The translations under genes were made by a program, and so were the position numbers. The notes under the pieces are model-generated. The model did not search any database, had not been told where the DNA came from, and saw only the letters and a list, made by a program, of their open reading frames with translations. Shown piece by piece: positions 59,791 through 64,000 of a DNA stretch of 64,000 nt. Where the stretch lies: NCBI GenBank assembly GCA_902761575.1, contig CACWKU010000001.1, forward strand, positions 22,435 through 86,434, given 5' to 3'. This DNA is from an uncultured bacterium (GTDB lineage Bacteria > Verrucomicrobiota > Kiritimatiellia > RFP12 > UBA3636). How positions within the stretch are numbered: position 1 is the stretch's first letter; the number at the start of each line of letters is the position of its first letter.

Positions 59791-61496
59791 GGTGTGGTGT
59801 ACCGGGAACTTGATGAGCGGGAAGCGGAAACATCCGGCGTGGCGCCGTCGGCGCGGAGGCGCAGGGCGAGCCCGCCCTCCGGGGGCTCCTCGACGATCGC
59901 CTCGACGCGACCGAGCCCGGCCGCGGCGTGGAAGGCGAGGACGGCCGCGTCGAGAATCCCGGAGACCTCGGGGTCGAGGCGCAGCCCGAACTTCGCCGCA
60001 AAGCCCGCGAGCGCGTTCGCCGTGCGGACCTGCGCCGCGAGGCGCGGCATGTCCGCGCGCAGCGCGAGGAGCGCGGCGGGGTGCGCACCCCGCCACGCCG
60101 CCACGACCTGGCCGACGGTCTCGCCGCTCCCCTCCCCCGCCCCGCCGGTCAGCGCGTTCCACGCGCCCCGGCCGAGGCCGAGGTCGAGCCGACCCGCGGT
60201 AGCGTCCTCGGAGACGAACGCGCAGTCCGCCTCCGGCGTCTGGCCGAGCAGCTCGAACTTCTTCGCGCGGACGAGCCGCGTGGCGGGGTCCGGCGCCGAG
60301 TCGCGAAGGCGCAGGTCCACGTCCGCCTTGAGCGCCTCGAACCACGGCGGCCACCACTGCGCGAGCGGCGCCGCGGGATCGGCGGGAAGCGAAAGCGCGA
60401 GCGACGGCACCTCGAGGATCGCCAGGTGCGTCGCGTTCGGACGGTCCGCCGCCCACGCGACCGCCGTGCCTTCGCCGAAGGGCGGCAGGCCCGAGTCGGC
60501 CGGGATCCACCCCTTCGCGACCGGCGCGGCGACGAGGAGGAACGCCGCGTCCGCCGGCGCACGCGCCGCGGCGCCCGCGAGGGGCGCGGCGGCGCCGAGC
60601 GACGGGTCGGGGAGGCTGGACCGTATCCCGGAGCCGACCATGGCGTCGAGCTCGATGCCCGGGCGCCTGAACGACGCGAGGTCGAGCGTGAAGGGATTGC
60701 AGTCGAACGCGTAGGGACCGAGGTCGTAGGGCTGCACCCAGATGCGGTGGCGCTTGCGGATCTCGCGCCAGGGCTCCGGTTCGCGGTCGGCCTGGACCGG
60801 GCCGCCTGCCTTGAAGCATCCGGCGAGACGCTGCCAGGAGTCCGTCTTCCCCGCGACGCGCGCCGCGAGCTCGGCTACGCGGTCCGGGTCCTGCGCGAGG
60901 ACGGCGACGAGGACGCCGTCGACGATATCGAGGCCGAGGACGATGCCATTGTCGCGCAGCTCGCGGGCGTGCGGGAACTCCATGTAGCGCGTGCCCTTCG
61001 CGGTGGTGCGCAGCGGCCCGAGGCCGGGCACCCACCTGATGCGCCAGAGCAGCTCCAGCGCGCGCGCCTTCCAGCCGACGTAGCTCGCGCCCGCGAGGTA
61101 GCCGCCGAGCCCGGCGCATTCGCCCTCCTCCGGGACGACGCCGACGACCGAGTTCTCGCCCGTGAGCCAGAAGAGCGTCCAGAAGACGCCGGCGTTGTCG
61201 TCGATCGCGTCCTCCGGATCGCCGCCGAGCGCGCGCAGCGCGTACTGGAACGACGGGTTGCGCAGGAGTGCGCGGTCCTCCATCGCGAGGTTGCGCACGT
61301 AGGCCGCGGCGGCGGTCCGCTCCGGCAGCGCATAGAAGAGCTCCGCCCGGTCCATCGGATACCAGAAGAACCAGAGCGCGACGGCGGCGATCGCGCAGCG
61401 ACGCAGCGCCTTGCGGCGCCGCCGCGCCCAGGCGCGCGGCCCCGTGGCGGGGTCCGCCCCCGCGGCGAGAAATTCGTCGTCGTCCATGTCGCCCAT
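59787..61496 (-). CDS. hypothetical single-pass membrane protein
   Basis: Track ORF. One hydrophobic helix AIAAVALWFFWYP. ATGA overlap with the GH3 start. Carries an in-frame copy of the 24-nt palindrome (WRGAHPA). Confidence 0.45.
   Translation of the reverse strand: MGDMDDDEFLAAGADPATGPRAWARRRRKALRRCAIAAVALWFFWYPMDRAELFYALPERTAAAAYVRNLAMEDRALLRNPSFQYALRALGGDPEDAIDDNAGVFWTLFWLTGENSVVGVVPEEGECAGLGGYLAGASYVGWKARALELLWRIRWVPGLGPLRTTAKGTRYMEFPHARELRDNGIVLGLDIVDGVLVAVLAQDPDRVAELAARVAGKTDSWQRLAGCFKAGGPVQADREPEPWREIRKRHRIWVQPYDLGPYAFDCNPFTLDLASFRRPGIELDAMVGSGIRSSLPDPSLGAAAPLAGAAARAPADAAFLLVAAPVAKGWIPADSGLPPFGEGTAVAWAADRPNATHLAILEVPSLALSLPADPAAPLAQWWPPWFEALKADVDLRLRDSAPDPATRLVRAKKFELLGQTPEADCAFVSEDATAGRLDLGLGRGAWNALTGGAGEGSGETVGQVVAAWRGAHPAALLALRADMPRLAAQVRTANALAGFAAKFGLRLDPEVSGILDAAVLAFHAAAGLGRVEAIVEEPPEGGLALRLRADGATPDVSASRSSSSRYTTP
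60073..60096. repeat. near-perfect copy (GCGGCGGGGTGCGCACCCCGCCAC) of the 24-nt palindrome inside the CDS 59787..61496 (encodes AWRGAHPA)
   Basis: One mismatch at position 2. The same WRGAHPA peptide as at 16839-16862. Confidence 0.8.
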
Positions 61497-61528
61497 TCTA
61501 GCAGAACGGGCGCCGGACTTCCACCCGC

Positions 61529-61557
61529 TTGCGTTTGCATGCCCTTTTCGCTAGTAT
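61529..61557 (+). promoter_or_regulatory. candidate rdgB promoter TTGCGT-N17-TAGTAT
   Basis: Hexamers at 61529-61534 and 61552-61557. ATG at 61588. Confidence 0.4.
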
Positions 61558-61587
61558 TCCGGCCCCGCACGCCACCCCCGCCCCTCC

Positions 61588-62205
61588 ATGCGCCTCGTCC
61601 TCGCCTCCCGCAACTCCAACAAGCTCGTCGAGCTCCGCGCCCTCTGCGGCCTGCCGGCGGACTTCCTCGTCTCCGCCGCCGAATGCCCCGGCGCGCCCGA
61701 CCCCGAGGAGGATGCCGACACGTTCGTCGGCAACGCGCTCATCAAGGCGCGCGCGCTGCGCGACTTCTCGGGCGAGTGGGCGCTCGCCGACGACTCCGGG
61801 CTCGAGGTCGACGCCCTCGGCGGCGCGCCCGGCGTCCATTCCGCGCGCTACGCCGGCGTCCACGGCGAGGACGGCGCGAACAACGCGCTCCTCCTGCGCA
61901 ACCTCGACGCGCTCGGCCCGAAGGCCCCGCGCACATGCCACTTCTCCTGCGCGCTCGCCCTCGTCGCGCCCGACGGCCGCGAGTTCGTCGCGCTCGGCCA
62001 GTGCCCCGGCACGCTCCTGCGCGAGGGCCGCGGCACCAACGGCTTCGGCTACGACCCCCTCTTCCTCCCCGACGGCCGGGACAAGACCTTCGCCGAGCTT
62101 CCGCGCGAGGTGAAGTGCACCTTCTCCCACCGCGCCCGCGCCGCCGAACGCATGCGCCCCCTCCTCCGCTCCCTCTTCCCGACCCTCCCCCCTCCCCAAC
62201 CATAG
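61588..62205 (+). CDS. rdgB: non-canonical purine NTP pyrophosphatase (Ham1/RdgB family)
   Basis: Track ORF. N-terminus MRLVLASRNSNKLVEL. Motif GFGYDPLF. Confidence 0.7.
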   Translation: MRLVLASRNSNKLVELRALCGLPADFLVSAAECPGAPDPEEDADTFVGNALIKARALRDFSGEWALADDSGLEVDALGGAPGVHSARYAGVHGEDGANNALLLRNLDALGPKAPRTCHFSCALALVAPDGREFVALGQCPGTLLREGRGTNGFGYDPLFLPDGRDKTFAELPREVKCTFSHRARAAERMRPLLRSLFPTLPPPQP

Positions 62206-62242
62206 ACCATCGGACCATCCCGACCATCGGACCATCCCGACC
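62205..62242 (+). repeat. four tandem GACCATC(G/CN) units forming the galE 5-prime leader (the entire rdgB-galE spacer)
   Basis: Reads GACCATCG GACCATCCC GACCATCG GACCATCCC GACC-ATG. Near-identical to the fcl leader. Confidence 0.9.
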
Positions 62243-63265
62243 ATGCACATCCTCGTCACCGGCGGCGCCGGCTACATCGGCAGCCACACCTGCGTCGCGG
62301 CCTATGCCGCGGGCCATACGATCACGATCCTCGACAACCTGTCGAACAGCTCGCCCGAGTCCCTGAACCGCGTCGAGAAGATCAGCGGGAGGCGCCCGCG
62401 CCTCGTCGTGGGCGACATCGGCGACCGCTCCGTCGTCCGCTCCGTCCTCGACTCGGAGAAGTTCGACGCCGTCATCCACTTCGCCGGCTACAAGGCCGTC
62501 GGCGAGTCCGTCGCGAAGCCCTGGGAGTACTACCAGAACAACGTCGCGGGGACGCTCGTCCTCCTGGACGAGCTCCGGAGGCACGGGGTGCGCAACTTCA
62601 TCTTCTCCTCCTCGGCGACGGTCTACGGCAACCCCGACCCGAAGGACCTCCCGCTGAAGGAGACCGCGCCCCTTTCCGCCCTCAACCCCTACGGCGCGAC
62701 GAAGCTCTGGCTCGAGGAGATCATGCGCGCGATGGCCGCCGCCGATCCGGCGTGGCACTTCCTGCTGCTGCGCTACTTCAATCCCGTCGGCGCGCACGAG
62801 AGCGGCCTCATGGGCGAGGATCCCGCCGGCATCCCGAACAACCTGATGCCCTACATCACGCAGGTGGCGGTCGGCCGCCTGAAGGAGCTCACGATCTTCG
62901 GGAACGACTACCCGACGCCCGACGGCACCGGCGTCCGCGACTACATCCACGTGTGCGACCTGGCGGAGGGGCACGTCGCCGCGCTCGCAAAGGTCGCGGA
63001 CCTCCCCGGCTGCACCGCGATCAACCTCGGCTCCGGCTCGGGCGTATCCGTCGCGCAGCTCGTCGCCTCGTTCGAGAAGGCGATCGGCCGCCCGCTCCCG
63101 CACCGGTTCGGCCCGCGCCGCCCCGGCGACGCCGCGGCCTGCTACGCGGACGCCTCGAAGGCGCTGCAGCTCCTCGGCTGGAAGACGAAGCGCAACTCCG
63201 ACGACATGTGCCGCGACGCCTGGAACTGGCAGTCGAAGAACCCCAACGGCTACAAGAATGCGTAG
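62243..63265 (+). CDS. galE: UDP-glucose 4-epimerase
   Basis: Track ORF. Motifs MHILVTGGAGYIGSH and YGATK. Confidence 0.85.
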   Translation: MHILVTGGAGYIGSHTCVAAYAAGHTITILDNLSNSSPESLNRVEKISGRRPRLVVGDIGDRSVVRSVLDSEKFDAVIHFAGYKAVGESVAKPWEYYQNNVAGTLVLLDELRRHGVRNFIFSSSATVYGNPDPKDLPLKETAPLSALNPYGATKLWLEEIMRAMAAADPAWHFLLLRYFNPVGAHESGLMGEDPAGIPNNLMPYITQVAVGRLKELTIFGNDYPTPDGTGVRDYIHVCDLAEGHVAALAKVADLPGCTAINLGSGSGVSVAQLVASFEKAIGRPLPHRFGPRRPGDAAACYADASKALQLLGWKTKRNSDDMCRDAWNWQSKNPNGYKNA

Positions 63266-63770
63266 GCCCGCCGCCCGCTCCCGCGCAATCGGCGGCCGCG
63301 CTTCGCCCCGCCCTTCCGGAGACCGCCCGTCGGAGTTCCGTTCCGCGGGCGGGCATACTTGCCCGCCGGTCGACTGGCCCGCGCTCGTCGCCGCGGCGCG
63401 CGCCGCGGCCGCGCGCTCGTACTCGCCGTACTCGCGCTACGCCGTCGGCGCGGCGCTCCTCGCGGAGGACGGCCGCGTCTTCGCCGGCTGCAACGTCGAG
63501 AACGCCTCCTACGGCCTCACGAACTGCGCCGAGCGCACCGCGCTCTTCAAGGCCGTCTCCGAGGGCGCGCGGCGCTTCCGCGCGCTCGCCATCGCGGGCG
63601 GGACGGCGCGCTCCCCCGCCCTGCCCTGCGGCGCGTGCCGGCAGGTCCTCGCGGAATTCTGCGCGCCGTCGACGCCGGTCGCCGTCGCGCCGCTGCGCCG
63701 CGGCGCGCCCGTCGTCCGCGCCCTCGGCGACTACCTTCCCTTCTCGTTCGGCCTCGACGGGGCGCGCTAG
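63258..63770 (+). CDS. cdd: cytidine deaminase (start uncertain; possibly a long N-terminal extension or an internal start)
   Basis: Motifs CAERTAL and PCGACRQ. 8-nt overlap with the galE stop. Confidence 0.65.
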   Translation: MRRPAARSRAIGGRASPRPSGDRPSEFRSAGGHTCPPVDWPALVAAARAAAARSYSPYSRYAVGAALLAEDGRVFAGCNVENASYGLTNCAERTALFKAVSEGARRFRALAIAGGTARSPALPCGACRQVLAEFCAPSTPVAVAPLRRGAPVVRALGDYLPFSFGLDGAR

Positions 63771-64000
63771 AAGAGCCCGCCCTTCTCGGTGGCGAGGGAG
63801 TCGTCCCAGAAGCGGGGCGGCTTGTCGCCGCCCGCGATGGCGGAGATCGGCTTGGTGGTGATCTGCTTGCCGCGCGCGCGCACGCCTTTCACCGCAACCT
63901 CCTGCGAGGGGTCGAACTTCTTCTGCAGGATGCGCTGGCCCTTCGCCGGACGGAACTTGATCCAGATCGTCGGCGGCGTCCCCTCCTCCAGGAGCCGGAT
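63767..64000 (-). CDS. partial CDS (C-terminal ~77 aa only), unknown function
   Basis: Reverse-strand frame is open to the window end and terminates ...SLATEKGGLF with a stop at 63767-63769. Not in the ORF track because it is partial. Confidence 0.3.
   Translation of the reverse strand: MRLLEEGTPPTIWIKFRPAKGQRILQKKFDPSQEVAVKGVRARGKQITTKPISAIAGGDKPPRFWDDSLATEKGGLF

Noticed and set aside
61495-61500. TAGAAT overlapping the first ATG of 59787..61496 as evidence for a leaderless transcript starting at the second ATG (MDDDEF...)
   Set aside because: No convincing -35 box and no other support. Left as the track ORF start.
1-64000. tRNA, rRNA or other structured RNA genes
   Set aside because: No T-loop-like GTTCGAATC/GTTCRANYC signatures with a matching acceptor-stem context. 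No rRNA-like conserved blocks seen.

Overview
This is a very GC-rich (roughly 70%) bacterial chromosomal window, and nearly all genes are on the minus strand. The six-frame ORF track is dominated by spurious Arg/Gly-rich antisense and off-frame ORFs. I assigned true frames from recognisable protein motifs and from ATG starts abutting upstream stops, which gives 34 CDS, two of them partial at the window edges. The track omits the partial minus-strand gene at the left edge. Most of the window is an accessory glycan-degradation island of large secreted multi-domain proteins. These include SGNH/GDSL and alpha/beta-hydrolase esterases carrying Ig-like repeats and a recurring malectin-like beta-sandwich domain, and a GH27 and a GH36-like alpha-galactosidase. 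There is also a beta-galactosidase-like protein, a GH3 beta-glucosidase, a beta-lactamase-fold serine hydrolase and a phytase-like beta-propeller. The remaining large proteins are a GLUG-motif protein, an autotransporter-repeat protein, two paralogous 940-1109 aa putative glycoside hydrolases of a family I do not recognise, and a 2097-aa protein with four parallel beta-helix modules and an embedded FGE-sulfatase-like domain. The right part holds a nicotinamidase/NrtR-like/metallophosphoesterase NAD-salvage operon and a lower-GC COG1373 AAA+ ATPase gene with a near-consensus sigma70 promoter and four direct repeats, plus a fused binding-protein/permease ABC gene. It also holds a nucleotide-sugar cluster (eukaryote-type ugd, fcl, galE), an AraC regulator with an isomerase, and rdgB and cdd. 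I found no rRNA, tRNA or CRISPR. Four sequence-level signals stand out. (1) Tandem 8/9-nt GACCATCC(N) repeats fill the entire 5-prime leaders of ugd, fcl and galE and run directly into the ATG. (2) An A/T-rich element (ATTTACCCGTTTTTG-like) sits 51-52 nt upstream of a TAKRAT -10 hexamer in at least 10 promoters of the secreted-enzyme genes. (3) A perfect 24-nt palindrome GTGGCGGGGTGCGCACCCCGCCAC recurs downstream of genes and also in frame inside two CDS, where it encodes WRGAHPA. (4) A roughly 130-aa C-terminal domain is shared by two otherwise unrelated secreted proteins, and four other secreted proteins here end in a related short aromatic-basic tail. Taxon is uncertain. Shine-Dalgarno sites, sigma70-like promoters and autotransporter-type repeats are compatible with a PVC-group or similar Gram-negative origin, but I cannot establish it from sequence alone.
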